A program made the translations under genes and the position numbers. Positions 12,541 to 26,356 of a stretch of 64,000 nt of DNA are shown in pieces. The notes below the pieces were generated by a model. The model did no database searches. It saw nothing but the letters and a program-made list of their open reading frames with translations, and was not told the DNA's origin. This DNA comes from Narcine bancroftii (taxonomy: Eukaryota), in the NCBI RefSeq assembly GCF_036971445.1, contig NC_091477.1:119970001-120034000 (forward strand), given 5' to 3'. The number at the start of each line of letters is the position of its first letter. Within the stretch, counting starts at the first letter, position 1.

Positions 12541-15500
12541 GTGAGGTCAGAAATTGGGGCATTAATGCTGATCACTGTTGTTTACAAGTTCCGATTGATG
12601 ATGGTTCATTCTCCATTATTATTGTCTTACTTTTTAAAAACTCCAAGTTTTGTTTCCTTTGATTTTGTAACTATATGAGGCGTGAATATTTTAAATTATA
12701 AATTATAGAAATGTGCTTTTCAATTCGGTTTATTTCATAGACACAGTGGAAATAGCTACTACACTGTGGGTGTTAGGATTATTTTAAAAAGTGATTGCTC
12801 AACATACTCAACAAGTTCAACCAGTCGAGGAGAGAAATCAAGTTTTTTTTCCAGAGAGATGCTGGAGAGACTCAAACTGTATCCATGGCGAGAAGGGTCA
12901 AAATGACAAGATGGGACTGTTTTCAAGATTCTCTAAAGCATAGATGTTGAGTTCATTAGGCATTTTAATCCATATTTGATACCCTATTTACAATATTGTG
13001 GAGCAGGAATTATGACCGATTTGCAATTTCGAGTGTTGGTAGGAAATATAATAATTAGGGTTATATAATGTTTAACCACAACTGTGAAAACGCTCTTCTT
13101 AATTTCCATCTCCGTTCCTCGCCTTCACACTATTCTGTTTCTTCCGCTATAAGTCAGTGTTTTGAGAACGTTCAAGTTCACATTACCCATGGCACAGTGG
13201 AAAGAAAAGTGTTTCGGGGAACAAAGCAGCAGGTCGGCTCTTGCAGACCTACAAAGTAGAACCACAATTCCAGGGTGATCTGCAGGGCTACACAAGCAAG
13301 GCTCCGCAACACTTCCTCTGCTACATCGACAATTACACTGGTGCTGAAATGCACCCATGATGGGATCGTCAACTTTATTCATTTTGCTGTCCTCAAATTC
13401 ACTTGATCCATCTCTAGCAACACTCTTCCCTTTCTCCATTTTTCTGTCTCCATCTTTGGAGACCAACCCTCGACGGACATATTGTAAAAACCCACAACGC
13501 TCACAGGTACTTCGACTACACCTCTTCCCACCCTCTCCCCTGTAAGGATTCCATTCCTTTTTCTCAGTTCCTCCATCTCCTTCGCATCTACTTCCAGGAT
13601 GAGGTCTTCCATGCCACATCATCCGCCATATCCTCCTTCTTTACCCATCAATTAGGCCCTCTCCCGCATATCCTTTATCTGCACATCAGCCCAAATTCCC
13701 CACCCCAAACCTTGTTGACATATCTGTCCATGGTTGAATGCACTGACAAATTGAGAGCATCTGCAAATTAGAAAAAAAAAATCTCTCATTCCATCTGGCA
13801 TCCTCCAACCAGATGGCATTAACATCGACTTCTCCAATTTCCGTTGTATCCACGCCTCCATCTTTCCCGATAACTCCTTTCCTCTACCTCTGTAATTGTC
13901 CCTCTCTCTCTCTCTCTCTCTCTTTTATTTTCTTTCTTTCTCCTTTCCCCAGTTATACTTCAGAGAGAAGCACCCCTCCCCATTCAGTTCTTATGTCTTC
14001 CTATCTATATCCAATAACTTCTTTTATCTGTTGATCTGTTCTTCTCCAGCTGCCCTTTCTTCCCTTCTCCCCAGCCTTGTAATTCAGGTATCTGCCTGTT
14101 TTTCCCTCATAACTTGAAACGTCGGTGATACAGCTTTGCCTCCTCGGCAGCTCTTTCTGAGCTCCTCCGGCATTTGTGGAGAAGAATAGCGAGTTGCAAA
14201 GGGAGGAAAATATCAATTAATTCATAGAAAGTGTGCAGGAGAGCACTGAAGTGGGTTTCGTTCAGCAGCCTGATGAGAGGTGTTGTTTTAATTTTGTGAA
14301 GTTTACAAATCGTGCCCCTGTCTGTCTTGCAGTTTTGACCTCAGGGTGTTTCGCTGGACGCAAATCATGATCTTCGCCATAAAGGAGATAAACCGGGATC
14401 CAACCCTCCTCCCAAATATCACGCTTGGATATAGGATCCACGATTCCTGTGCTTCGCCTTCGCAGTCTCAACGAGCAGCCCTAACACTGATCAATGGTCA
14501 GGAAAAATATATTGCAGAGTTTAAATGCCAGGGAGCTGCTCCCATTCCAGCTATCGTTGGGGAATCTGGATCATCCCAATCAATCTCAATTTCACGCGCA
14601 GTGGCACCCTTTGGAATTTCAATGGTAAGAGACGTTTAAAATCTTTCAGTCACGTAGATATAAGAAAATTGAGGGTTATGAGTGTGAGACGGGAAAAAAA
14701 GTGTTATTGTTTGGAGTAGGTTTACATTGGTCGACACAACGTCGTAGTGCAAGGTTTTCGTTTAATTTTCCATGATCTATGTAACTAAGAGGTCGCACAG
14801 AGTTAAAGATGGAGTTCAAATGGCACAGAACAAAAGCAATATAATTTTGTTATATTGTGTTCGTTCAGATAATGGCAGGAAAGAAACTGTTCTTGAAACC
14901 GGTGGTCCGCTATCACACACTTGATAGGAGGGTAACGTGGAAGGGGTGCGTGTGTGTGGGGGGGGGGTCTTTTAACATGATGGCATATGGTCTCTGTCCA
15001 AGGTGAGGCGGGGTTTAAGGGGAGACATCAGAGGTGCGTTTTTACACCGAGCGTCGTTGGGGCCTGGAATGCATGACCAGCGATGATGATGGAAGTTGGT
15101 AAAATAAGTAAACTTAAAAGATTCTTAAAGATGCAGAGATGGAATTCGGTTGTGGGTCTGAGGTCAGGAATGTTTAGTTTGTTAGGTAGGATTTCATGGA
15201 TCGGACAACATTGTAGGCAGAAGGACCTGTCCGGTGCTGCAATATTCTGTTACGAAATGAAATCCCAACGTCATGTTTGAAAAATGTAAGTGCCACTTCC
15301 AAACATCTTTACTTTGCCATTCACACTAAACAGAAACAATTATTGATTAATACCCATAGCTCCATATGGATAAGAATCCATTGGTTTATATTTTTTTTCT
15401 TTAATTATTTGCAGATCAGTTATTTTTCGACTTGTGCATGCCTTAGCAACAAGAAAGAATTTCCTACATTTTTTAGAACTGTTCCAAGTGATTTATTTCA

Positions 15501-18500
15501 AGCCAAAGCTTTAGCACAGCTTGTGAAACATTTTGGATGGACCTGGATTGCAACCATCGCAGGAGACAATGAATATGGGCGAAATGGAATTCAAGCGTTT
15601 ACTGAGCAGGTAAAGCAAGCTGGAGTTTGCATTGCTTTTTCAGAAACAGTGCTCAGAACATATCCCAAAGAAAGGATACTCACGATCGTGGATACTATAA
15701 AAGCGTCCACTGCAAAGGTTATCCTAGCTTTTGCCTCGGAAGGCGATCTTTACCCTTTGCTGAGAGAAATCGTTCAGCAAAACATTTCTGGGATTCAATG
15801 GATAGCAAGTGAAGCATGGATCACAGCGGCTCGACCATCCGCGATGCAAAATTTCAAATCTCTCGGGGGAACAATCGGATTTGCAAGTCACAAAATGAAG
15901 ATCCCCGAATTTAGAAGATTTCTTTTAAGATTGCGTCCTTCAAATTCAACTGATAATTTTATGAATGTTTTCTGGGAAACATTATTTGGTTGCACTTTTA
16001 AGACAGATCTTCCCAATGCAGTGAGATGTTCAGGGCAAGAAGATTTACTGAAGCTGAATAATTCCTTCTTTGACGTGAGTGATTTAAGAGTGACGTATAA
16101 CGTCCACAAAGCAGTTTATGCCATAGCCCATGGAATGCACAGCTTGCTATTTTGTCGAGATCAATTATTGGGAGTCCGTCTCTGTGCTAATGTATCAAAC
16201 ATTGATCCATGGCAGGTAAGAAAATGTAATGGTAAATAATTCCCTAATGTAATTAATAGAAGTGACGTGGGGTGAATGCCAGCTCAGATTTGCTATTTAA
16301 GAAATATTTAGATGGGTAAATGCAAGGGAGGGGTGTGGAGGGCGCAGATCATCGGAATTCTCCAGAATAGTAGTTCGGCACAGACTAGATGGGTCGAGGG
16401 GCTTGTTTTTGTACTGTAGTGTTCAATGAATATTAGGTTAATCATAAATTGAACATTACTGGAGATGCCTTCTATTTTTAAGAATGTAATGTGAATTAAA
16501 GTATAAGTTAATGCCTTTTAGTCTTATAGATGCATTCATAATTAAATGTTCCTCCAAAATGATTACTGAAAGTACCAAGACAAATGCACAAAACATGGAA
16601 TTTATTTGACCCTGGAGCAGAGAAGACTGGCGCCTAATTTGCTCTTTATTACAAACGAGTTGAGACTTCCCCGCACATCAGCTCCATTCCCCAGGTCACC
16701 TTCATACCTTTATCGGTCTTATCTCAAACAGATCACTGGTTTTTGTCTCATTTGACATTAAAATAATCTGACGTGCTGCGTCTTGCCCAAAAATATTCAT
16801 TATCGCTCGGGAGTGAAACCGATCGCTCATCCATAGGTGATCTTTAGGCGTCACTGTGAATAATTTGAAGCATGAGGTGAGAAACAGAGGCACTCCTGTC
16901 GCTGTCTGTTACTCCACGCAGTCATGAACTTATGTCGACATTGTGTTAGCATTCACCATGTTCAATAAGGGTTTTCTCTTTTCAGCGAAGGGTGGGGGGT
17001 GACTTAATACTACTTAAAAGCTGCTGAGATGCTTGACCATACGGCGGACAGGCAGCCCTTGGTTCTCGGGGCGACAGCAACATATTTATTAGGTGAGGGG
17101 AGGAATGTTTGGAAAAAAGTCAGGGGTCTGGTTGTTTTCAGCAAGGAGTGGTGTGTGCCGGAAATACTTTGTCAGGGATGGTGGTGGAGCCTGGTGCAAT
17201 AGGGATATTTAAAACGCCTAGACAGGCACGTGGATTGAAGAAACATAAGTATGAGGCAAGGAATGTTTAGATTTTGGAGTAAGTTTGTTTAGATTGGCAC
17301 AATATCTGGGGCCAAAGGACTGTACTGTGTTGTAATATTCCATGTTCTATACAACAGCAATCATCGCCCATAATTGAAGATTTGTTGGTTAATCTTCCCC
17401 TACATGACCAACGCCTTGAGAAATATTGCACTAGAAAAGCAAGATCGGTTGAAAACCACAGAGGGAACTGAGAATGTAGAAGATATTAAGGTCAAAAATG
17501 GGAACTTCCCATGCACTCGACGCATCACGATATTTGGGTTTCTTTTTAGGTTTGCCCGCTTAGCAAGATATTTCCCCATCTCTCCTGACGTCCCATCAGT
17601 GTTAATTATTATTTAAATGTTCATATGAAGCACATTGGGGTGTTCTATGTTTTTGCATTGTCTGAATATAGATTGTCATGTTAGATTTTAATTGTTGCAC
17701 TATTAAATAACCTTAACAACCCGTATGAAGAAAATTCTGCTCTGATGTTCTCCTTGTGGCTGCCAGCTCTTCCATCACTTGCAAGCTGTGAGATTTACAA
17801 GCCACCTCGGGGAACATGTCTATTTTGATCCAAATGGGGACCCGCCTGCATTGTACGACATTATAAACTGGCAGTTGAATGACAAAGGGTTTGTCGAACA
17901 TGTGACAGTTGGTTACTTTGATGCATCTGGAGCACCAGGGAAAGAGTTCATGATAAATGAAGAGATTATTCTGTGGCATGGAAACAAAAGTGCGGTAAGT
18001 CTCTGTTTGAAGTGTGGGCTTCATTATAAATGTTGTTATTTGAATAGTGGGTTGGCTGCAGGTGCAGTTATACATTTTTAAAAGTTTGGACCAGTTGGTT
18101 AGCTTCAATTCCAGAACTGAAGGGCATCGATTTAAGGTGAGAGGGGAAAGATCTAAGGGGAACCTGATCCATCACTCATTTCACTCATAGGGCGACTCAT
18201 TTCTGGAACTACCTGCCAAAGGTGGGTGTGGACGCTGCTATGGGCATTTGGGACAATATGGTTTAGAATGCTAAGGATAAATGTAGGCACATAGGACTGG
18301 CGCAGAATTCTATCTTGGTCGTCATGGGCGAGTTGGGTTGATACATGGTCTCTGACTCTTCCAATATTTAGGAAGTAATTCATCGTATAGTGAAAATAAT
18401 GCCATGGATCCTGCTCTTCAGTGTTGATGGGTCAAAAAAGAACAACCGGTGTTCTAAACACCTGGAGATCCTGGCTCTTTTACTATGCTTCATCTACACA

Positions 18501-21071
18501 CAGAGGTCGTGAGACTGAAGTCTGATTTCGTCGTCTATATCAATCAAATAATTCCACGTGATTCCACTGAATCTCTGCACCAAATGGGTTCAGGAATCTA
18601 ACTTCACGCCTTTTAATGTCAATCTTAAACTCTGGTGTTGCCAGTGTGAAGTTTGCGCGTCCTCCCTGTGGCTGCTTAGGACTCCGCCCAGTGCTATGAT
18701 TCCCCCCCCCCCCCCCACATACCAAGTCATGCTAGTTGCTGTATTAATTGGCCACTGTAAATTGAACCAGTTGGAATCTGGAGGGCGCTGATGGAAGCAA
18801 AGCCAAAATTAAATGTCAGGTTAGTGTAAGCAAGTGTCAGAAAGTATTCGATGGGCTGAAAGTCATGTTTCCATGCTTGAAGGTTTCTATGACTCGATTG
18901 ACATTTTTCTTTCCTCACATTACCAAGGTGCCACACTCAGTGTGCAGTGAAAGCTGTCCTCCTGGTAAGTGGAAAGCTGTACAAGATGGACAACCCATCT
19001 GTTGCTTTGACTGCATCCCATGTGCCGAAGATGAAGTCAACAATGCAACAGGTTAGCAAAAATCATTTAGCTGGGAAGGCCTTTAGTCTGATGCTAATTG
19101 TTATTTCCATGACAAAAACACGCCAGGGACGAAATACATGGACCACCTTCCTGGTGGGCACAGCACAGCGGTGCAGCTAGTAGAGTTGCTGCCTCCCAAC
19201 CCCAGAGATTCGGGTTCGATTCCGACCTCTGGCGCTATCTGTCTGTGGAGATTGCCCGCTCTCCCTGTGATTGCGTAGGGTTCCCCCGGGTGCTCTGGTT
19301 TCCTCCCACGTCCCAGAAACGTGCGGAGACGGTATGTTTAACTCGGACTAACGTGTAGGTGAGTGGTAGAACCTCGGATGTGGGAATGAGGGGAGAATAG
19401 ATAACTGTGAGATGGAATGGATTAGAGGGGCTGATTGGCATCCGTCTATGACTTTGAATCCTATGAAAGAGTGACAAAAACGGTTTGCAATAAACACAAG
19501 TGCTGGAGAAACCCAGCAGGTCAGGCATCGTCCATTGGAACTAAAAGGCAATAAATATTTCGGGCCTGGAATACTCGAATTTAAGTACCATAGATATTTT
19601 TCGATTTTACTGAGGTCCAGCAACAGATGCAAGTTAACTGGAAAAGAAAACCTAGCAGAAATTAAGAGGTTTTTTTTAAAACCACGAAGTTTGTTTATTG
19701 TCATGTTTACCAAGATGCAGGATAAACATTCGTCGTGCATTCATACTTACTCATCAACCCCAACCCCCAAAAAATATAGAATTCAGGGTTACAGGTGGAG
19801 ATCGGTGAGAACCGTGCAAATACCAATGGGATAATAACTTGGTGAGTCTGACAGGAGGCGAAAATAAAGTATCCTTGAATCTGGTAGTGGGTTCTCGCAC
19901 ATTCATGAATCTTATTCCTGTAAATGGGGGGGGGGGGGGGGGTTAAACAGAGTATGGTTGGCAAAGGTGAGTTCCTTGATAACGTTGGCTGGTTTCCCGA
20001 GGCGACGAGAAGTCAAGCTAGACCCGTAGGTTCTTACAATCTGAAATACGCAGCTTGAGAGGATGCAGGAGGGAATTTTAATGTCAATGTTTAGAATTAC
20101 ACATGGTATGATTTTAAAGATAAAGCAATTCTCGTTCATTGTTAACACATGGCTGAATTCTCCTAGATTCCGTGGAATGCATGAAATGCCCCTTGGAATA
20201 TTGGTCCAACGATGACAGGCAGCGCTGCGTAATGAAAGACATCGAGTTTCTCTCCTTTCAAGATAACATGGGAGTTATACTGATGACTGTGGCGTTATTC
20301 GGAGTATTTATCACACTAGCTATTGCATGCGTCTTCCTTTATTGCAAGGACACTCCCATCGTTAAAGGCAATAACTCGGAACTGAGTTTCCTATTGCTGT
20401 TTGCCTTGGTGCTTTGCTTTCTGTGTTCGCTCACCTTCATGGGCAGGCCGTCCGTCTGGTCCTGTGCACTGCGCCACACGCTCTTCAGCGTCGCATTCGT
20501 CCTTTGCCTGTCCTGCATTCTGGTGAAAACGATCGTTGTACTCAAGGCGTTCCGGGCGACCGTTCCTCAGAGGGGGACAATGAAGTGGTTCGGGGCTTCC
20601 CAACAGAGATTCACAGTCTGTGCGTGTACTCTCGTCCAGGTTCTGATCTGCTCCATGTGGCTTGCAAGGGCCTCGCCATTCCCAGCGAAAGATATGACCT
20701 ATCACAACACAAAGGTGATCCTGGAGTGCCAGGTGGGGTCTGCACTGGCTTTCTATTGTGCGCTGGGCTACATTGGGGTTTTATCCGGCTTGTGTTTTGT
20801 CCTGGCCTTTCTAGCTCGAAAGCTACCCGGCCATTTCAATGAGGCAAAACTCATAACCTTCAGCATGCTTATCTTCTGTGCTGTTTGGCTGACCTTCATT
20901 CCAGTCTATGTCAGTTCTCCTGGCAAATACGCTGTTACTGTTCAAATCTTTGCCATTTTGTCGTCCAGCTTTGGTTTGCTTTTCTGCATTTTTGTTCCCA
21001 AGTGTTACGTTATCTTGTTGAAGCCTGAGCTAAATACAAAGAAGACTCTGATGGGAAAGATCCCTTCTTAA
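12332..21071 (+). CDS. V2R/OlfC-type class C GPCR, gene B, complete: join(12332..12540,14333..14624,15415..16215,17767..17994,18928..19051,20167..21071), 852 aa
   Basis: Signal peptide, [40 protein letters not shown], cysteine-rich domain, 7TM. Exons 209/292/801/228/124/905 nt sum to 2559 nt with no internal stop. Confidence 0.95.
13170..14170 (+). mobile_element. Penelope-like element fragment in gene B intron 1
   Basis: Degenerate coding remnants ending in [18 protein letters not shown]-like sequence typical of Penelope GIY-YIG C-termini, then a pyrimidine-rich tail. Confidence 0.55.
14333..14624 (+). CDS. V2R gene B exon 2
   Basis: Acceptor cttgcag|TTTTGAC, donor TCAATG|gtaaga; 292 nt. 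Confidence 0.93.
15415..16215 (+). CDS. V2R gene B exon 3
   Basis: Acceptor ttgcag|ATCAGT, donor TGGCAG|gtaaga; 801 nt. Confidence 0.95.
17767..17994 (+). CDS. V2R gene B exon 4
   Basis: Acceptor tgccag|CTCTTC, donor AGTGCG|gtaagt; 228 nt, [17 protein letters not shown]. Confidence 0.93.
18928..19051 (+). CDS. V2R gene B exon 5
   Basis: Acceptor accaag|GTGCCA, donor CAACAG|gttagc; 124 nt, [10 protein letters not shown]...CCFDCIPC. Confidence 0.93.
19157..19455 (+). mobile_element. tRNA-derived V-SINE (HE1-like)
   Basis: B-box gggttcgattcc plus V-domain gggtgctctggtttcctcccac; related copies at 41577-41760, 43445-43655(-), 61294-61515, 63024-63170. Confidence 0.75.
20167..21071 (+). CDS. 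V2R gene B exon 6 (7TM)
   Basis: Acceptor tcctag|ATTCCG; 905 nt to TAA. Confidence 0.95.
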
Positions 21072-21274
21072 ATAGGTCATTTCAAGTTCTTGGCACATTC
21101 TACCTTGTCCAGCGAGAATGGTTCTTCCACAAGCATTTGGGCAAGTCAGCAATAACTTGCATACAGCTGGTCAAAGAGGAAATTCAAGTGTAAAATTACA
21201 CTTGTTGCAGTGAAAGGATCAACTAGTTCATAGCAAGTGCAGCATGAGGTCACTCTCGTGAGGTTCATTCAGGA

Positions 21275-21448
21275 GACCCATCACTCACCGGACACACGTT
21301 CATATTCCTCTTCCACTGGAGAAGGGTTCAGGAGCATGAAGTCAGGCACCAGGAGGTTCAAAGACTATTTCTCCTTATTGAGCCTCTTGGTGCCTGACTT
21401 CACACTCTTGAGCCTCTTTGTGAGGGTGTGTCCGGTGAGTGATGGGTC
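21275..21448. repeat. Nested inverted repeat (fold-back LINE fragment) 3' of gene B
   Basis: Perfect 23-bp arms 21275-21297/21426-21448; 37-bp arms 21325-21361/21378-21414 with a 16-nt loop. Confidence 0.85.
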
Positions 21449-22951
21449 CTTCACATGTTGGCTGCCTATCCTAGGCAGCAGGAGGGTTCGTTAGATGATG
21501 CTGATGGAGGTTGCATGATGTCTGAGTCGCATCCACCACCTTCTGGTGCTTCTTCTGATGTTGGGCGGATCAGGTCCGGTACCACCGTGACGTATCCAGC
21601 TCACCTGCTTTCGACAGTGGAAGTTACGAACGTCCAACAGGAAGCTCAATCAACGGGGAAAATCTCTTCAGAAAGGGTCGAAGGAAATCTTCACATAAAA
21701 GCGCCTGACTTGGGATTTCTGTGCTTCTGAAACCCTTCTAATTAGTCGCTTTAATAATTGACACTCCATCACCACCGGAATGTAGTGGAGACATTACTGG
21801 ATTGGCGACTGTGTATCTGCACCAGCGATTCAGAAATGGCAAATCTCTCAAATGCATCAGAGTAATGAATAAAAGCAGGGGTAGCCTTGAGTTTCCAGGC
21901 ACTAATATGGCAGACTCAATCTTTTCATTTCCCAGTGCAGAGGAAATTACGGGATGGATAGTCCGTGTGATTAAAGTTTTTTTTTTGGTCGTATACGTAA
22001 GTACATCGTGCAATGAAGTTCTTGCTGGCTGCAGCCACACGCATACTGAATGCACACAAAGAAGCAGCAGGCACACATTAAATTAACACTAGAAGGCAGC
22101 AGCGTTATAAAGGAGCACATCCAGCGGTCAAAAAAGTTTTTCTGTTGGCTCTCACTCTCTGGAAACTCTCCACGTTATCTTAAACATCACCAACAGCTAT
22201 TCCAGAAAAGTCAAAAGAACTGTTTTCACTATTGAAATATCTTTTATCTCCAGTTGTGAATATTCATCTATGGATCCTTTACATTTATCATCTCTTTTAG
22301 ACCAGTGTGGCAATTGAATGTCTGGTATATCTTCTGTTCTGTGAGGCTGAAGCAAGTAAGAACGCTGGTGAATGTGTACATTATCCTTATGTTTATGAAA
22401 ATAACCTCTATTTACTCAGCATTGCTCAGTGCAATACGTCAAATCTGATCATAAAAGTACCAGTTCGTCTCATGTGCCACTAATTTGTCACACAATAATT
22501 AGTCACATGACTATTCATTTCATCATGTTCTATATTTTATCCAAAGGTTGAATAATAAGTGTTGATCCAGAGTACAAAACTAATAAAATCAATTTTTGGA
22601 CTATATTGACGTTTTACTGTGGTGTGTTAATCAGGGAATGTGAAGGTTCCAGTCCATTTGGTTTTTTTTTTCTTTAAGGATACACTTGGTTTCCTTTGAA
22701 GACCAGGGATGTTGAAGCCAATTCTAACTGACCAATCAGTTTTCTTGAACTGAAAGCCGGGTTGGTGCTGAGGGCAGCCTGATCTTTATAATCTTCCAAG
22801 GTACATGGAGGTGAAGCACAAAGTAAATCATCAATGGTGGGGTGGTCCTACTGAACAGGAAGATCTCACCCAGCCAGTTTCAAACTTTTCTGACTGCTCC
22901 ACGAAGCCACACTCCCAATCCAAAACCAGTCCTCTGCCTGCCTATTCCCAG

Positions 22952-23600
22952 TGTTACGAGCCCAGAGGACTCCAAAACCCAGCAGCAATAGAAATTCACC
23001 AAGACAATGGTTACTTAAACAAAGGTTGCTTTTAATTATCTTTAAACATAATAACAAAATCAATCTTTAACTTATTTCTATAACTTTAACCTAACTAAAC
23101 CCCCTTCTAATTCTAAGGACATGGGTATGTAATGTTCAGAAAAGTTCTCTGTTTCGCTGTCCAAACATTCAGTTTTCATTTCTCCAAGTTCACTGGCATC
23201 AGGCCATTGTCAGACTGTGCACACAATTTAACATTTATGAATCTTAACCAGGCTCTGATGCTTACCACTCAGGAAGGTTCTTGTTGGTTTCAGAGAGATA
23301 TTTGTTGCTCTTTGGACACACACAAACTGATTTACTCTGATCCGTCATTTCAGTGTCTTGCCCCATCATGGATTTTCCAAATGATAACCTTGTGGTGAGC
23401 CGCCGGATCACCACAGAGTGCCTCTTGTTTCCCTTATTTCAGGAGAAACACTGTAGCCAGCCATTTCCTCCTGTAAGGACTACAAGGGTTTTGAACAGGC
23501 TGAACTCAGAACTCACAATCCATCTTTAAAATGGGGTCTTTCAACAAGCCTGCCATCTTGCCATTTTGAAGCCTCAACTGCTACTGTAGAACTCAGTTCC
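22952..23600 (-). mobile_element. Partial LTR, same family as the solo LTR at 48907-49910
   Basis: Starts tgttacgagcccag...cagcagcaatagaaattcaccaagacaa, the reverse complement of the 49910 end. Confidence 0.75.
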
Positions 23601-25220
23601 TTTCCTACTGTTATTAGACTGTTAAATTGACCTTTAGTTGGTAAAAGCTGGTGCATTAGCACTGTTTTAACTCTACTTTTCTCGATAAGCTTTACCTGAT
23701 TACTTTTGTTGTACTTAAGTATCAGTTAACATGGCTGGACACCATTCAAAGTAAAACTTTTTACTGTTTATTGCTGCAGGTGACAATTGAAAATACAACC
23801 AATAATGTTAAACTAAGTGAGACAATGAGCGATTTTGAAATATTTATGAGTTTAGAAAGTTTCAATCCAGTTTCACTTTCTAACGCTGTTCACACACAAC
23901 ACAAAACACACATTGGAAACAGGCCCTACAAAATTCATCCACTCTGTGCCTCTTTTCACATTTTCAAATATAAGTACACCTCCAGTGACCCTTGGCTTGA
24001 TGTTAGAATTAGTGGAGCAATGCTTACAGTCTAAAGTGTGCTGCCTGTTCAAGTGATTGCATTAGCTGCAGAGACCTTGCTGATACCAAAATTCCAAGTT
24101 CAAGTTAACCATCTCCAGCTATTGCTGGAGAAACAGCCTATGACAGAAACATATTAATTGTAAATGTACAAAACTATGGAAGGGACATGTAAGGTAAAGG
24201 CAGGAAAGTTCTTTCCACTGGTAGCTGAGAGAGTCTCAAGGTTTAAAGGTGTAGATTGAGGATGGAGATGAGGAGGAATTGGGTTTTCCCAGAGAGAAGA
24301 AAATCTGTGTAATTCTCTATCCAAGGAAGCAGCAGATGCTGCCTCATTAAGTGTATTTAAGACTCAGTTGCAGAGATTATTGTGTAGAAGGACAATTAAG
24401 GCTTCCTGAGGGGAAGGTGGTGTTAAGCCATGATCTTATTTAATGGCAGAGCAGGCTCGAAGGGATTGGATGTCCGACTCCTGCTACTGTTTGTTCTGCT
24501 TTTGTATTCCCAGAGAATTGGCACTTCTTCTGCTCTTGAACCATAGGATAAAGGATGACCAAGCTGTAGGGAAGGTGGGACAAACACACAGGGATGTCTG
24601 CATGCACTCATTGAATTCCAATGACCTTCCCATTGTATGAGCTCTTTTGGATTGCGTGGTGTTAATTTAAATGGAGGTAGGCTCTCGAAGGTACACATTC
24701 CCTCAGCAAAGTTTCTTATTTTGGAGACATATTGAAGATGCTTAAATCGAGGGCAAAACACAATTGACTGGAGGAACATAATAGATTGAGCAGTATCAGT
24801 TGGAGAAAAGGAACAGATGACATTCTGGGCCATAACCATTCATCAAGACTCGTTGGGGTCCTGATGAATAGTTTAGGCCCAAAACGCTGACTATTCTTTT
24901 ACTCCCACAGATGCTGCTCATCCCACAGATTGTGATTTGTCCTTTCTTTTAGTCTCTGCCTGAGAAATTCTGAAGCTGTCAATGGAGGAAGGAGACAATC
25001 TGTGCTAAGGAGCTCATGACTTCAGTGGAAAAACCAAAGTAAAGTTGCAGTAATGGGTTGACAAGGTCACTGCACGGGAAAACCAGATGAATCCTTGGTG
25101 CTGCAGGATTTGGTCAGATAAATGGAGAAGAAGGGCTTGTAAGAAAAAAAAAGCAATCAACTTCAGGCATGGACAAATTGGGCCAAAGTAACCATTCTGC
25201 GGTGTGTGAATATTATACGT

Positions 25221-25273
25221 CTTCTTTCTTTCTTTGGCTTGGCTTCGCGGACAAAGATTTGTGGAGGGGTAAA
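25221..25273 (-). mobile_element. RTE LINE extreme 3' end (also 42218-42271 on +)
   Basis: tttctttggcttggcttcgcgga-aagattt-tggagggg, as at 10246 and 46171. Confidence 0.75.
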
Positions 25274-25433
25274 GATGTACTAACTACAGCCGATACTTCA
25301 ACAGAGGAGCAAGGACAAACAAAGATAAATAAAAGATTCCTACACACATTGGAATCACCTTCCTGTTCATTGTAATACAGTCTATCATGGTTAATTTGTA
25401 GAATGTGGTGATATAGATTTAACAATGAGAAAA

Positions 25434-26356
25434 TTATAGCTGAATTGGTTTTTTGGGACAAGTTCGGCTCATCAGATGTTTCTTGGTGTTTTGTTCTGGT
25501 TTTAACAGGATGATGTAACATTTGGGGACAAATATGCAGATAAGCACACCAAAACTCGATGCCAAAATGGCAAAGATTTCGACAGCCACAGCGTACTTCC
25601 CTGGAGAACTGGTGTAGGCTGGGATAAACGCCAGCCACACTGCACAGAAGATCAGCATGCTAAATGTGATGAACTTTGCCTCATTGAAATTATCTGGGAG
25701 TTTTCGAGCTAGGAATGCCAGAACAAAGCTGGCGCACGACAGCAAACCGATGTAACCCAGCACACAGCAGAACGCAGCCACTGAGCCTAAATCACACTCA
25801 TAGATGATCTTCTCCTTGTAATATTTGGTCTGCTTCACTGGGAAGGGAGTGGCCAGGAGAAGCCACAGCAGGCAAGTCACCATCTGGATGGCTGTGCAGA
25901 GCAGGACACTGAGGATCTGCTGCAGGGTCCCGAACCACTTGGTCAGGTTGTGGCCGGGGAGAGTGGTTTTAAATGCCACAAGCACCACCAGGGTCTTGGC
26001 CAGCACGCAGGAGAGGCAGAGAACTGAACTGACGCCGAACATGGTGTGCCTCAGCCTGCAGGACCAGGTGGAGGGTTCCCCGATAAAGGCCAGCGAGCAG
26101 AGGAAACACAGCGCCAAGGAGAAGAGGAGCAGGAAACTGAGCACAGAGTTGTTGGCTCGAACGATGGGGGTTCTCCTGTAGTACCACACCACCCCTGCTA
26201 CAGTCACCACGCTGGCTGTTCCCAGCAGGGACACTGTTGTCAGGGTGATCCCCAGGGTGTCCTCCAACGACAGGTACTCGATGGGTTTGGGGATGCATTC
26301 ATTCCTCAGTGAGTTGGGCCAGTCTTCCGGTGAACACGGGACACAGTTGAGAGAAT
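25434..26356 (-). CDS. V2R gene C exon 6 (7TM)
   Basis: Acceptor cctgcag|ATTCTC; 923 nt to TAA. Confidence 0.95.

Noticed and set aside
19157-19240. tRNA gene
   Set aside because: Only a degenerate B-box head followed by a SINE body; no cloverleaf; multiple decayed copies in the window
20339-26312. Antisense and alternative-frame ORFs over the 7TM exons of genes B and C
   Set aside because: Shadow ORFs of GC-rich coding sequence with no independent motifs
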